From assembly GCA_009914755.4 (NCBI GenBank), contig CP086569.2, forward strand, positions 10,208,001-10,272,000: a stretch of DNA of 64,000 nucleotides, given 5' to 3'. Of the stretch, positions 45,694-61,880 are shown in pieces (positions within the stretch are counted from its first letter, which is position 1; every line of letters starts with the position of its first letter). The notes beneath the pieces are model-generated. The model was not told where the DNA came from and searched no databases. It was given only the letters and a program-made list of their open reading frames with translations. The translations under genes and the position numbers were made by a program. The DNA is from the human T2T-CHM13v2.0 reference genome, Homo sapiens.

Positions 45694-46797
45694 TTCAAAG
45701 ACTTTCTATGTAAGTTCCCTATTTCTCAATTTTTTAAAATCACTAAAAATGCTTCTGCTTTATTTATTTGTGATTAAAGAAAATACATTCCTTCATGAAC
45801 CTTTATAGAATTGGTAAGGTGTTTCTACAACCCCCTCACAATGCTAACTTTGCCTTTATATAGGAAGTTCCCAGCAGTCTTCTTGTGGCTGACTCCAGAT
45901 ACATAAATTATTATTCCTAGTCTTGTGAGTATGTTGATGGTGGCAGAAGAAGGGGTCTAGAAGCTTGACTGACAACTTCTTGATACTGCTGCCAAAGTTA
46001 TTGTGAGCTGAAGAAACAGAGATGAGAAGGATATGAGACATGCATTATTCCATTAGGCAATTTATAGCATGGCTTTCCTATAAGATTTTATATTATAGCT
46101 TTCATTCATTACAAATATCCCTGAGACAGTTCAAATTCTCCTTTTCTCCATCTTATCTCATATATACTTACTTCATAGACTCTTGGATTTTGGCAAATCA
46201 CCTTACACCAGGTAACATAATTCAGAGTAATTTCAATGCCTGACATTGTGATTTTACTTCCATTGTTACCCATATAAAGAGGAATAATATGGATTCAATT
46301 GTATGCTAGTTTTTTATACACTTCTGATTTTATTTTTCCATTAATTTTGTTTTTATTGTCAACCTCTGAATTATATTAATGATATAGAGAATATGACTCT
46401 TGTGGCTTAGTCTGATATTGCTATACCCTGCAGTGTCTGTACAAGCAGTTATAACAGCTCTTCCAAAAGATGTTGTAAGTGTGGGAATCTGGCATTTCTT
46501 CACTTCTGATAGGGTATTGGAGAAGGACCACTCCTATATCCCCCATTCCTGGATCTGTTCCGATTTGTGGATTAAATCTTGGGTGCAGGCAGATTTTGGG
46601 GCCCAGTAAAACACTGGTGAATGACTCCAGAAATGGTTAGTGTGCACTGCATTCTGGTCAATGACTCCTGAAATGGTTAGGGTGCAAATAGTTCCTAATG
46701 GAATGGAAACATAAAGAATACAATAAAGATTAAAGTGAGAAAACATTTAATTTTACTTCAATTTAAACTTAAATGTTTGCTAAAATATAATTTTTGT

Positions 46798-47140
46798 TGG
46801 CTGGGCATGGTAGGTCAGACCTGTAATCCCTGCATTTTGAGAGGCCTGTAATCCCATGACTGCCCAACACAGGCAGACAACTTCAGGTCAGGAGTTTCAG
46901 ACCAGCCTGGATAATACCGTGAAACCCATCACTACTAAAAATACAAGAAAAAAATGGGTAGGTATTGTGGCACGCACCTTTAGTCCAAGCTACTCAGGAG
47001 GCTCAGGCAAGAGAATCACTTGTATCGGGAATGGAGGTTATAGTGACTGAGATTGTGCCACTGCACTGCAGCCTGGATGACAAAGCGAGACTCCATCTCA
47101 ATAATAATAATAATACAATAAAATATAAAATAAAATAAAT
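46798..47140 (+). mobile_element. Alu (full length) with an (AATA)n-rich tail
   Basis: ggctgggcatggtaggtcagacctgtaatccctgcattttgagagg...gtgccactgcactgcagcctggatgacaaagcgagactccatctcaataataataataatac. Confidence 0.8.
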
Positions 47141-47369
47141 CCTTATTTAGCAATTTAAGCACTTGATATTTTACAAATGAATGATCCCTCATTTTTATTC
47201 TATATGCTATATCATTACAGTGAAATGTAAACAGTATAAATTTATTTAATAGACTGCATTGTTGCTAGATGCTGACAATGGGGCAACCATTGGGGTCAAC
47301 GAGTATAACCACTGCTTCTGAGAATTAGGAACTAAATGCCTTTATATTGTACTTCATTTTGTACTTTTT

Positions 47370-47805
47370 GTTAATTTGTTTTTGGGACAGGTTCTCACTC
47401 GGTTACCCAGACTGGAGTGTAGTCGCTTGATCATGGCTAACTGCAGCCTTGACCTCTCCACTCAAGCAATCCTCCTACCTTAGACTTCTGAGTAGATCAT
47501 ACTACAGGCATATACCACCGAAAGTAGCTAATTTTTGAAACAAATATTCTTAGAGATAAGGTCTTTCTATGTTGTTCAGGTTGGTCTTGAACTCTTGGAC
47601 TTAAGTGATCCTCCCAGTTCAGCCTCCCAAGCAGCTGGCACCATAGGCGTGCACCACCAAGCATAGCTAATTAAAAAAAATTCATATATTAGAGATGGGA
47701 TATCCCTGTGTTGCCCAAGATGATCATGAACTCCTGGGATCAAGCGATTCTTTCACTGCAGCCTCCCAAAATGCTGAGATTACTGGTGTGAGCCACAGCA
47801 CCTGT
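47370..47805 (-). mobile_element. Two old Alu-derived segments (AluJ/FLAM-like), minus strand
   Basis: gggacaggttctcactcggttacccagactggagtgtagtcgcttgatcatggctaactgcagccttgacctctccactcaagcaatcctcctacc... and agagatgggatatccctgtgttgcccaagatgatcatgaactcctgggatcaagcgattctttcactgcagcctcccaaaatgctgagattactggtgtgagccacagcacctg. Confidence 0.65.
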
Positions 47806-47821
47806 TCAGTATTTTCTCCCC

Positions 47822-47915
47822 CTTTCTTTCCTTCCTTCTCTTTCTTTCTCTTTCTTTTTCTTTCTTTCTTTCTTTCTTTTCTTTCTTTCTTTTTTCTTTC
47901 TTTCTTTCTTTCTTT

Positions 47916-47958
<43 letters not shown>

Positions 47959-47997
47959 CTCTCTCTTTCTTTCTCTCTTTCTCTCTTTCTTTTCTTT
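47822..47997. repeat. (CTTT)n/(TTTC)n tetranucleotide microsatellite grading into (CT)n
   Basis: ctttctttccttccttctctttctttctctttctttttctttctttctttctttcttttc...ctctctctttctttctctctttctctctttc. ORF 47695..48057 is an artefact of this repeat. Confidence 0.9.
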
Positions 47998-48023
47998 TGT
48001 TTATTTCTTACAGGGTCTCACTC

Positions 48024-48127
48024 CCAGCAACATGTCATGGCTAGTGTCCATGGCTGAATCCTGCCAGGGTATTATTCTCAGTTGGTGGTAGATCCTGTCT
48101 ACAGCCAGCTGTCTGACTAAACTGTAA
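48024..48127. repeat. Inverted-repeat arm 1. Its partner is 48629..48732, and the spacer holds an Alu.
   Basis: gcaacatgtcatggctagtgtccatggctgaatcctgccagggtattattctcagttggtggtagatcctgtctacagccagctgtctgactaaactgtaa is the reverse complement of cttacagtttagtcagacagctggctgtagacaggatccaccaccaactcagaataataccctggcaggattcagccatggacactagccagg at 48629..48732, at about 95% identity. Confidence 0.7.
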
Positions 48128-48218
48128 TTATGTAGAACAAGGCTAAAGAGCAGTGGCTCAATACAGCCAAGTTATCAGGCTTAGGTGATCCTACCACCTC
48201 AGCCTCCCAAGGAGCTAA

Positions 48219-48500
48219 GATGGGGTCTCACTCCAGTTGCCCAGGCTGGAGTGTAGTGGAACAATCTTGGCTGACTGCCACCTCTGCGTCTCAGGTTCAA
48301 GCCATCTTCCTGCCTTAGCCTCTTGAGTATCTGCAAGTACGGGTATGCACCACCATGCCCAGCTAATTTTTGTATTTTTGGTACAGATGATGTTTCAGCA
48401 TGTTGCCCAGGCTGGTCTCAAACTCCTGGGCTGAAGCAATTTTCATGCATTGATCTCCCAAAGTGCTGGGGGTTACAGGAATGAGCCACCATACCTGGCC
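48219..48500 (-). mobile_element. Alu (preceded by a short Alu fragment at 48176..48218) lying between the inverted-repeat arms
   Basis: atggggtctcactccagttgcccaggctggagtgtagtggaacaatcttggctgactgccacctctgcgtctcaggttcaagcc...caaagtgctgggggttacaggaatgagccaccatacctggcc. Confidence 0.8.
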
Positions 48501-48628
48501 TATTATTTTCTAAAGAAGATTAAAGTCCCTTTCATGTATCAAAATCCAAGGCAAATATAGTTAATAATGATGAAATAGATCTAAAAACTAAATGTAAGCA
48601 TAATTCCATTCTCATGGTTCTAAATACT

Positions 48629-48732
48629 TACAGTTTAGTCAGACAGCTGGCTGTAGACAGGATCCACCACCAACTCAGAATAATACCCTGGCAGGATTCA
48701 GCCATGGACACTAGCCAGGATGTGTTGCTGGA
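48629..48732. repeat. Inverted-repeat arm 2. Its 3' continuation (48723..48800) is directly repeated at 47255..47335.
   Basis: See arm 1. The segment tgttgctggatgctgataatggggccatcaatggggtcaacatgtataaccacagattctgagaattaggtac matches tgttgctagatgctgacaatggggcaaccattggggtcaacgagtataaccactgcttctgagaattaggaac. Confidence 0.7.
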
Positions 48733-49489
48733 TGCTGATAATGGGGCCATCAATGGGGTCAACATGTATAACCACAGATTCTGAGAATTAGGTACTATAA
48801 ATGGGGGGGAATGGTAAATATAACATGAAAAACAGTATCTTTTCAAATGATCAGTGAGATATGTCATCCTATATATTTACTTGTTTGATGAAGAGGAAAT
48901 TAAGGAAATACAGAGAAGAATGAGAAGGAGTAAAGAAAAGCATCTTCAAAATGTAGAATTAAGGGAAAGGGACCCATTAAATATAGTAAATGAGATAAAT
49001 AATGTAGAGAAGAAAGAAGTGATAATATTTTAAAGACTAAAAACAAAACCGTAAGTACTCAGAACAACAAGTCTTAGTCAGGAGATTTACTTGAGAAAAA
49101 AAATTCCATGTTCTGTAACTTACCAGCAGAACAGTGAAGAAACAATCCCCAAGAAGAAAAGTAGAACTCCCATGTTGGCTTAAGTGTGTGCGAATAGAAG
49201 ATAGGGTTTATGGTTATCTATGAAGATAGGGTTTTAGGAAACTATTTTGGAGATTAAAATGGCAGGATATAGAATGTCTGACATCATAAGAGGTCCTTGT
49301 GAGATAACTGCCTTCCTTTAGGATTAACTAAGCGTTATATGCAAGAAATGTAGCCAAATTAAATGAGATATTAAAATTTTAACTCTTCCATTAGTTCAGT
49401 GTTAACCATTAATTTTGGAGTAGGGACAGATAATATTCCAGTCCCACACCTTTTAAAAATTTAGTGTCTATTCTGTGTTACTATGTAGC

Positions 49490-49823
<334 letters not shown>

Positions 49824-50484
49824 TAGTAATTAAAAACAAATAGATAATCTATATTATCTGACATATTTTCTGCAACAAGTTAAGGAAATATTGATAATTA
49901 TTTAAAATAACCAATAAATAAATATAAAGAACAATAGCACATTTCATTCATATATCTATTGACATACCCACATCTACTCATTATTATATCTCTACTCAGA
50001 AACACTGATATTGTAAATTTACAGAAAATATCTCAAGACAAATTATCTGGCTTTCCTTTAATGGCAATCTGAAGCAAAGAGCTACAATTCAGTAAATTTT
50101 TATCAAATCTCTCAATTGGAATGGGCTATAAGTCAGACACATATATGAGGAAGACCAGTCTTTGCTCTCAGGGAGTTTTCAAGGCAGGGGAGAACAATTA
50201 ATACATAGTATGGGTAGTTGCTACTAAACAAAATAGAAAAGCTGAAGTCAATTATATATAAATAAATTTATATTCCATACTATATAAGTCATGAGATAAC
50301 AGAGAAGGCAGATTACGCAGATTAATGATTTTATTCTAGATCCAAATATATTTTATCATTCCACTTAGCAATTATAGTACATTACTTTCAGCTTCAAGAT
50401 GACTGTAAGACAGCCTCACTGTACCCATCTCTATGTCCTTGTTCAAAATACCAAAAAAGAGGAAAGAAAATAGGGGGAAACCTT

Positions 50485-50816
<332 letters not shown>

Positions 50817-50837
50817 CAATAAATGATTAAAAAAAAA

Positions 50838-51000
50838 TAATTAGCCAGGGATAGTGGTGCATTCCCCTAGTCTTAACTACTGGGGAAGCGAAGGAAGAGG
50901 ATATGTGAGACTTGGAATTGGAGGCTGCAGCGAGCTATAATGGCACCACTGCACTACAGGCTGGGGAGAGAGACCCTGTCTCAAAAAAAAAAAAAAAAAG
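50838..51000 (+). mobile_element. Alu right-arm fragment plus poly(A), followed by a purine-rich (GAAG/GGAA)n tract to about 51115
   Basis: aaataattagccagggatagtggtgcattcccctagtcttaactactggggaagcgaaggaagaggatatgtgagacttggaattggaggctgcagcgagctataatggcaccactgcactacaggctggggagagagaccctgtctcaaaaaaaaaaaaaaaaag. ORFs 50935..51117 and 50940..51122 are artefacts of the purine tract. Confidence 0.8.
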
Positions 51001-51202
51001 AGAGAACAAAAGAAGAAAAGAAGGAAGGAAGGAAGGAAAAGAAAGATGAGAGTAGGGAAGTGAAAGGGAAAAGAAAAAGAAATACAGGGAAAGGAAGAAG
51101 GAAGAATTTGTCAGCAAAATAGTGGCACTTAAACAGATTTTTCAGATTTATGCCCTAGAATTCATTACATATTAATTTGTTTTCTGTGTGTGTTTACTAG
51201 TT

Positions 51203-51501
51203 TTGTTTTGTTTTTGTTTTTGACACAGGGTCATGCTGTATCACCCAGTCCAGAGTGCAGCGGCGTGATCTTGTTTTAGTGCAAATTCCACCTCCCGGGT
51301 TTAAGGGATTCTCCCAGCTCACCACCTGTAGCTGGCACCACAGGCCCATGCCACTACTCCCAGGTAATCTTTTGTATTTTTGGTAGAGACAGGGTTTCAC
51401 CATTTTGGCCAGGCTGGCCTTGAACTCCTGGCCTCAAGCTATGTGCCCCACCTTGGCCTCCCAATGTGCTAGAATTACAGACTTGAGCCACCAAGCTGTG
51501 C
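51203..51501 (-). mobile_element. Alu (full length)
   Basis: ttttgttttgtttttgtttttgacacagggtcatgctgtatcacccagtccagagtgcagcggcgtgatcttgttttagtgcaaattccacctcccgggtttaaggg...tgctagaattacagacttgagccaccaagctgtgcc. Confidence 0.85.
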
Positions 51502-52195
51502 CTACATACAGGGTTTTTCTTTCTTTCCAAACAATTCTTGATAAATCATGTTTTTTCTTGAAATTATCTGTCATCTTATTTTTCACATGACTATGATAAT
51601 AGTGCAACGATTTCTTACAATTCTTTTATTTTTCTTTCTCTTGTTAAATTATCTTGTTATTTATTCTTCCACTGTGTGTATGTGAGTTTGTGTGTGTACT
51701 CATACATGTGTATTTCTTCATTTCTTTACCTTCCTTGTATGCATGTATAAGTGTAAGTATACATTAATATAAATAAACTATTGGATATTTTACTTGATGC
51801 ACAACATCCAAAGCAACTCAATTTTTAAAGTATATTTTATATATTTTGACCAGTCACTAAGGAAAGCAGGATTGCAAGTATACCTCTAGGTGTCACTGAA
51901 TATAAATGTAATTATGACAATTCTATACATTTTTTAGCCCTAAACTATGTTGTATGTACTGTGCACAATACATTATTAATCTTATGATAATAATATCTAG
52001 TAGATACTGTTATTATATTCTCTGTGTTGATTGGGTAAATTTCAAAGATTAAGCAGTCTAACTTCACACAGCTATTAAGTGGTGAAGGTTAGATTTTTCT
52101 TGGTTTGCTTAACTTTATATTGTACAAATCACCACTGCATTATACTATCTTATAGATATTAAGCTTTTAGTCAAATGATTTTTAACTGCTGCCCT

Positions 52196-52213
52196 AAAAA
52201 AAAGTAGCCTATT
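52196..52213. repeat. Upstream target-site duplication of the full-length L1
   Basis: aaaaaaaagtagcctatt immediately precedes the L1 5' end (|agggaggagccaagatgg). An identical ...aaaaagtagcctatt follows the second poly(A) at 58287..58304. Confidence 0.8.
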
Positions 52214-53118
52214 AGGGAGGAGCCAAGATGGCCAAATAGGAACAGCTCCGGTCTACAGCTCCCAGCGTGAGCGATGCAGAAGACGGGTGATTTCTGCATT
52301 TCCATCTGAGGTACCGGGTTCATCTCACTAGGGAGTGCCAGACAGTGGGCGCAGGCCAGTGTGTGTGCGCACCGTGCGCGAGCCGAAGCAGGGCGAGGCA
52401 TTGCCTCACCTGGGAAGCGCAAGGGGTCAGGGAGTTCCCTTTCCGAGTCAAAGAAAGGGGTGATGGACGCACCTGGAAAATCGGGTCACTCCCACCCCAA
52501 TATTGCGCTTTTCAGACCGGCTTAAGAAACGGCGCACCACGAGACTATATCCCACACCTGGCTCAGAGGGTCCTACGCCCACGGAATCTCGCTGATTGCT
52601 AGCACAGCAGTCTGAGATCAAACTGCAAGGCGGCAACGAGGCTGGGAGAGGGGCGCCCGCCATTGCCCAGGCTTGCTTAGGTAAACAAAGCAGCAGGGAA
52701 GCTCGAACTAGGTGGAGCCCACCACAGCTCAAGGAGGCCTGCCTGCCTCTGTAGGCTCCACCTCTGGGGGAAGGGCACAGACAAACAAAAAGACAGCAGT
52801 AACCTCTGCAGACTTAAGTGTCCCTGTCTGACAGCTTTGAAGAGAGCAGTGGTTCTCCCAGCATGCAGCTGGAGATCTGAGAATGGGCAGATTGCCTCCT
52901 CAAGTGGGTCCCTGACTCCTGACCCCCGAGCAGCCTAACTGGGAGGCACCCCCCAGCAGGAGCACACTGACACCTCACATTGCAGGGTATTCCAACAGAC
53001 CTGCAGCTGAGGGTCCTGTCTGTTAGAAGGAAAACTAACAACCAGAAAGGACATCTACACCGAAAACCCATCTGTACATCACCATCATCAAAGACCAAAA
53101 GTAGATAAAACCACAAAG

Positions 53119-54135
53119 ATGGGGAAAAAACAGAACAGAAAAACTGGAAACTCTAAAACGCAGAGCGCCTCTCCTCCTCCAAAGGAACGCAGTTCCTCAC
53201 CAGCAACAGAACAAAGCTGGATGGAGAATGATTTTGACGAGCTGAGAGAAGAAGGCTTCAGACGATCAAATTACTCTGAGCTATGGGAGGACATTCAAAC
53301 CAAAGGCAAAGAAGTTGAAAACTTTGAAAAAAATTTAGAAGAATGTATAACTAGAATAACCAATACAGAGAAGTGCTTAAAGGAGCTGATGGAGCTGAAA
53401 ACCAAGGCTCGAGAACTACATGAAGAATGCAGAAGCCTCAGGAGCCGATGCGATCAACTGGAAGAAAGGGTATCAGCAATGGAAGATGAAATGAATGAAA
53501 TGAAGCGAGAAGGGAAGTTTAGAGAAAAAAGAATAAAAAGAAATGAGCAAAGCCTCCAAGAAATATGGGACTATGTGAAAAGACCAAATCTACGTCTGAT
53601 TGGTGTACCTGAAAGTGATGTGGAGAATGGAACCAAGTTGGAAAACACTCTGCAGGATATTATCCAGGAGAACTTCCCCAATCTAGCAAGGCAGGCCAAC
53701 GTTCAGATTCAGGAAATACAGAGAATGCCACAAAGATACTCCTCGAGAAGAGCAACTCCAAGACACATAATTGTCAGATTCACCAAAGTTGAAATGAAGG
53801 AAAAAATGTTAAGGGCAGCCAGACAGAAAGGTCGGGTTACCCTCAAAGGAAAGCCCATCAGACTAACAGCGGATCTCTCGGCAGAAACCCTACAAGCCAG
53901 AAGAGAGTGGGGGCCAATATTCAACATTCTTAAAGAAAAGAATTTTCAACCCAGAATTTCATATCCAGCCAAACTAAGCTTCATAAGTGAAGGAGAAATA
54001 AAATACTTTATAGACAAGCAAATGCTGAGAGATTTTGTCACCACCAGGCCTGCCCTAAAAGAGCTCCTGAAGGAAGTGCTAAACATGCAAAGGAACAACC
54101 GGTACCAGCCACTGCAAAATCATGCCAAAATGTAA
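53119..54135 (+). CDS. L1 ORF1p (338 aa, intact; coiled-coil, RRM and CTD regions)
   Basis: MGKKQNRKTGNSKTQSASPPPKERSSSPATEQSWMENDFDELREEGFRRSNYSEL...RNNRYQPLQNHAKM has the same length as L1HS ORF1p and differs from it by only a handful of residues. Confidence 0.95.
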   Translation: MGKKQNRKTGNSKTQSASPPPKERSSSPATEQSWMENDFDELREEGFRRSNYSELWEDIQTKGKEVENFEKNLEECITRITNTEKCLKELMELKTKARELHEECRSLRSRCDQLEERVSAMEDEMNEMKREGKFREKRIKRNEQSLQEIWDYVKRPNLRLIGVPESDVENGTKLENTLQDIIQENFPNLARQANVQIQEIQRMPQRYSSRRATPRHIIVRFTKVEMKEKMLRAARQKGRVTLKGKPIRLTADLSAETLQARREWGPIFNILKEKNFQPRISYPAKLSFISEGEIKYFIDKQMLRDFVTTRPALKELLKEVLNMQRNNRYQPLQNHAKM

Positions 54136-54198
54136 AGACCATCGAGACTAGGAAGAAACTGCATCAACTAATGAGCAAAATCACCAGCTAACATCATA

Positions 54199-58021
<3,823 letters not shown>

Positions 58022-58249
58022 AATGAGATCACTTGGACACAGGAAGGGGAATATCACACTCTGGGGACTGTGGTGGGGTCGGGGGAGGGGGGAGGGATAG
58101 CATTGGGAGATATACCTAATGCTAGATGACACATTAGTGGGTGCAGTGCACCAGCATGGCACATGTATACATATGTAACTAACCTGCACAATGTGCACAT
58201 GTACCCTAAAACTTAGAGTATAATAAAAAAAAAAATTAAAAAAAAAAAC

Positions 58250-58294
58250 AATATTAGGTCTTCCAATCTATGAACATGGGATGAAAAAAAAAAA
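58250..58294 (+). other. 34 bp 3' transduction plus a second poly(A), lying between the L1 poly(A) and the downstream target-site duplication
   Basis: The L1 A-run (58224..58249, aaaaaaaaaaattaaaaaaaaaaa) is followed by caatattaggtcttccaatctatgaacatgggatg (58250..58283). After that comes aaaaaaaaaaa (58284..58294) and only then the duplication gtagcctatt (58295..58304). Confidence 0.7.
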
Positions 58295-61200
58295 GTAGCC
58301 TATTTGCATGGCAAGCAAAATGTTTCATGATCTTGCCCTCCCTCCCTGTGTCCGCTACTGACATTCCCTGATCTTTGTGTATTTAGTCTTGTTTCACTGA
58401 CCACAAGAAAATGTAGGTTATTCCATCAAGTTGATTTTTACTTATAACACTGCATGTTTCCGCACATTCTCCTAGCAAATCTCATTCTATATTTGTGTTT
58501 TTGCTTCTCCTTCCACCACACAGATTTTAAAAACACTGTTTATCTGCATGTTTTATCTCTGCCTAGAAAATATTTCTTAGTACTATGTAATATATTAAAA
58601 ATCATTTTCAGTCTTGTTTTTTTCCATTTCTTTATAACAGATAGTTTTCTTTAAGAGCAAAATATTTCTGGAGGAAAGATTTGTTGGTTTAAATCCTAAT
58701 TTTTTTAGTAATATCCTCTTAAAACTGTGTAGCTTTCAAACGCTTGTAACTTAAGTTTCCTGTTTTGCAAATTAGGCCTAGTAAAAATTTTACAAATGTT
58801 ATGGGACTTCTAAAAATGAAGTTGGTATAAAATGTATGTAGATATTTTATCAAAGCAGTTGATCCTTATCATTATTTAGAAAATGACATTATGTGTATCC
58901 TCTTTAAAAAAAAAAACACTGAAGCATTTTCTCATACATCTTATGGCATCAATCATTATGTATTATTTACAAATCTGTTTTTCCTGTGGTGTAGGCTCAC
59001 TATCTAACTTATTAATTCATTTTTGTATTAGTTATCAATTTAGTATAATATACTACTCAATTACATATAACATTAGTAAATGCATTCCCTCAAGTAAATA
59101 TAAATTGAAACAAAGGGAAATATTTTCTCTTCAAAATGGAAAAAGAGTAATCTATAATGTAGACAGAGCCATGGTCAAATTAATGTTTTTCTGGTAAGAA
59201 TGTGACAAAAAGAATGTGAGAATAGAATGCTACAGTGGGTTTTGTAGCAAAAAAAACTAATAATAGAAATAGATTTGTAACCATAATTTAAGAAACTTTT
59301 TCTAAAATATACATAAACATATAAAATATCTTTCCTTCAGAGCATGATTTTACTGTTAGAATATTCATCAAAAAAGGAAGTGTTAAAAAGATAAATTAAA
59401 ATATTTATGCAGACACAAACAGCTCTATATTGGTATGGTATAGTTTATGAACTAAGTAGTTCATAAGTGGGAGTATAGAATGTATAGACTTTAATTTGTT
59501 TAAATTAATATAAAGCACTTAAAATGTGGCTTATAATAAGCCTTTTTAAAAGTACTGTTCTTTAAAATTCTGATATGCACAATTTATAGACAAACTCAGA
59601 AAAATAAGTTTGGGTTGCATTGTGTAGATATTTAAATGTATTTTTTATGTTACATTTTATTTTGCAACAAAATTCGTAAAATGAAATAGGTAGGGGGAGA
59701 ATAACTTAACGGACAATATAGTCTGTCAGCTAATAAAATATTTTTCTCAGGCATATAAATAGTATTTATTTTACTAGAGCTCTGTTAATTAAGGATGTTA
59801 CTTATTATATACAAATTGAGGACAGAGAAATTGCCTATTTGTGTACATTGTTTTTGTTAATTTTGGAATTTTGGGTCAAATCACTACATTTATCTACTAA
59901 GCAAATAAAATAAAGTGTTCAAATATTTATATTACAACCCAAGAGAGAAGATACAAGATTAAGATGTAGAAACTTTACATTCCTAATTGACTTATTTTTC
60001 TTGCTTTCTTTTAATGTTACTTATTATTGCTTGTTTCTTATGGAGTTCTTTAAATTTTAGTTATTACTTTCCCCTTTATGCATTATTTTATGAAATAAGC
60101 TTATTGCTAATATTTGAGAGGGGGATGAAACATGGATGACTATTTCAAAATAAAAATACTTCTTTAAGGTTGATCACACTACCACAGTTGAAAAAAGTAA
60201 ATAATGAAAATAATATAGAACACATTTTGGCATTTTAATTTTCTTTCCTTCTCTTTTTGTTTTTAATTCAAAAGTTTCTTGGGCCACGCTTTCTTTTATT
60301 TCTGTTACACTTGTCTTTCCCTACTTCCTTTGTGGCTCTCGCAGGGATGGTATATCCGGGTTTCTAAGCTTTTTAGCTGGGTACGCCACTAGCCTCGACT
60401 TTTCCTTCAGCTCATGGTGACAGAAGGTCGTGCACAGGCAGTTTCTCAGAAAATCAGGGAAATTAGGCAAATAAATTCTTAATTTTAAGCAGAGAGGACA
60501 TGTTTGTATCTCAGGTGACAGAGATAATGTCTAAATCATCTGCGAATAGAGGAAATGTGGTAATTCAATCCATGTCTCTCAGGCTTATTTTGGCAAATGT
60601 TAAGAAATTTTATAATTGTTATTATGTGTGGATTTATGTATATAACTGGTTTCTTGTATACCACGGAGTTTTTTCAGACCCCTAAGATTTTGGATTTTTT
60701 TCTTTTTTCTTTTTGCTTTGATGGGTTTTCAATGTGTGGGTGTTGAATTATGGGAGGAAACAGTAGGGAGAGAACTCTTTACTGCTATTAAGAAACTCAC
60801 TTTCGTTAAACTCGCTGATTTTTCTTGAGTATTCTTCCCTTTACTGTCAGACATGTCCGACATGCGGGCAAGTTGTGGGAGATGGAGCTAGGGCGCCATT
60901 TTTTTCATGTGCACTTTTTGTTAAAGTGGTTTTCCTCTGTGAATGTGGTCATAATTCAAATATATAGGCAATATACTTAACCACTGTGATTAAAAACTTG
61001 TATTTTTACTCATAACATGTCAAATTTGTGATTTGCTTGACAGAAATTATGAAATTTTGACATAAATTGCATTACTTTAGTGTATGAGGAAGTCTGGGGC
61101 CATAAATTATCTCAGTTTAAATTTGTCTCCGCAAAACCTTTAATCGTCTCCTTCCTTGTATGACAATATTTGAAACATGTTTCAAGTACCTCTGGCACCG

Positions 61201-61339
61201 TAAATAATTTAAATCGAATAAGTGGGTGTAATCGAGATAAATGGTGAAAGATAGCTTAAAACAGAGACAAAATAATACGTTTAAGTTTCTCTGTTAACTT
61301 GGCACACGGACTTATTTTTGTAATCCTACCATTTTGGGA

Positions 61340-61400
61340 AGAGGAGGTGTGAGGATGGCTTGAAGTCACGAGTTAGAGACCAGCCTGCGTAATATAATGA
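61340..61400 (+). mobile_element. Alu fragment (about 60 bp)
   Basis: gaggaggtgtgaggatggcttgaagtcacgagttagagaccagcctgcgtaatataatgag resembles the Alu stretch ..gaggcgggcggatcacgaggtcaggagatcgagaccatcc. Confidence 0.5.
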
Positions 61401-61424
61401 GCTCCTTTAATCTACTGCCATTTT

Positions 61425-61880
61425 GGCACCAGGGACCGGTTTAGTGGAAGGCATTTTTCCACAGACAAGAGGTGGGTAGTGGGAGAAGGTGGTGAGGTGG
61501 ACACCTTGGGAAGGTGGGGGGCGGCCGTTCCAGGAGGAGTACAGGGTAGGGAGGGGTTTTGGGCCAGAGCAGTGTGACGGGGGGCAGCGATGGGACAGCG
61601 GGGTTGCCAGGGGAACAGGGCAGGCCAGCGGGGAATAGGGAGAAGGGATTCTGAATGAAACTGTTCCACCTCAGGTCACACTCAGGGGTTACATTCTTCT
61701 AAGGAGAGCGCCACATAGATCCTCACATGCGAGGTTCACAGTAGGGATCTTAACTCCTGTGAGAATCCAGTGCCTTCGCCAGGAGGCGGGACTCAGGCGG
61801 TGCCAGTGGTTCACCACCTGTTCTGCAGCCGGGTTCCTAACAGGCCACAGACAGATACTGGTTGGAGACCAGGGTTTGGG
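61425..61880. repeat. GC-rich interspersed-repeat-like segment. I recognise the family by sequence but cannot recall its name.
   Basis: ggaccggtttagtggaaggcatttttccacagacaagaggtggg...ctgaatgaaactgttccacctcaggtcacactcaggggttacattcttctaaggagagcgccacatagatcctcacatgcgaggttcacagtagggatcttaactcctgtgagaatccagtgccttcgccaggaggcgggactcaggcggtg...gccgggttcctaacaggccacagacagatactggttggagaccagggtttggggatccgtgatc closely resembles a dispersed human repeat consensus I recall (..ggaccggtttcatggaagacaatttttccacgg..gatgaaactgttccacctcagatcatcaggcattagattctcataaggagcgcgcaacctagatccctcgcatgcgcagttcacaatagg..ggttcctaacaggccacggaccggtactggtccg..gttggggacccctg). Confidence 0.4.

Noticed and set aside
43625-47250. 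Roughly 110 bp direct duplicate (43625..43740 versus 47135..47250, ..aagcacttcatattttacaaatgaatgactgctcattgtttttgttctatattcaatatcattacgttgaaatgtaaag..)
   Set aside because: It is real at about 85% identity but short and AT-rich. It is probably part of an unclassified old repeat or a local duplication and does not warrant a separate finding.
60840-60870. p53-response-element-like motif agacatgtcc gacatgcggg
   Set aside because: Only the first decamer (AGACATGTCC) fits RRRCWWGYYY. The second half-site deviates, and a single match in 64 kb is expected by chance.
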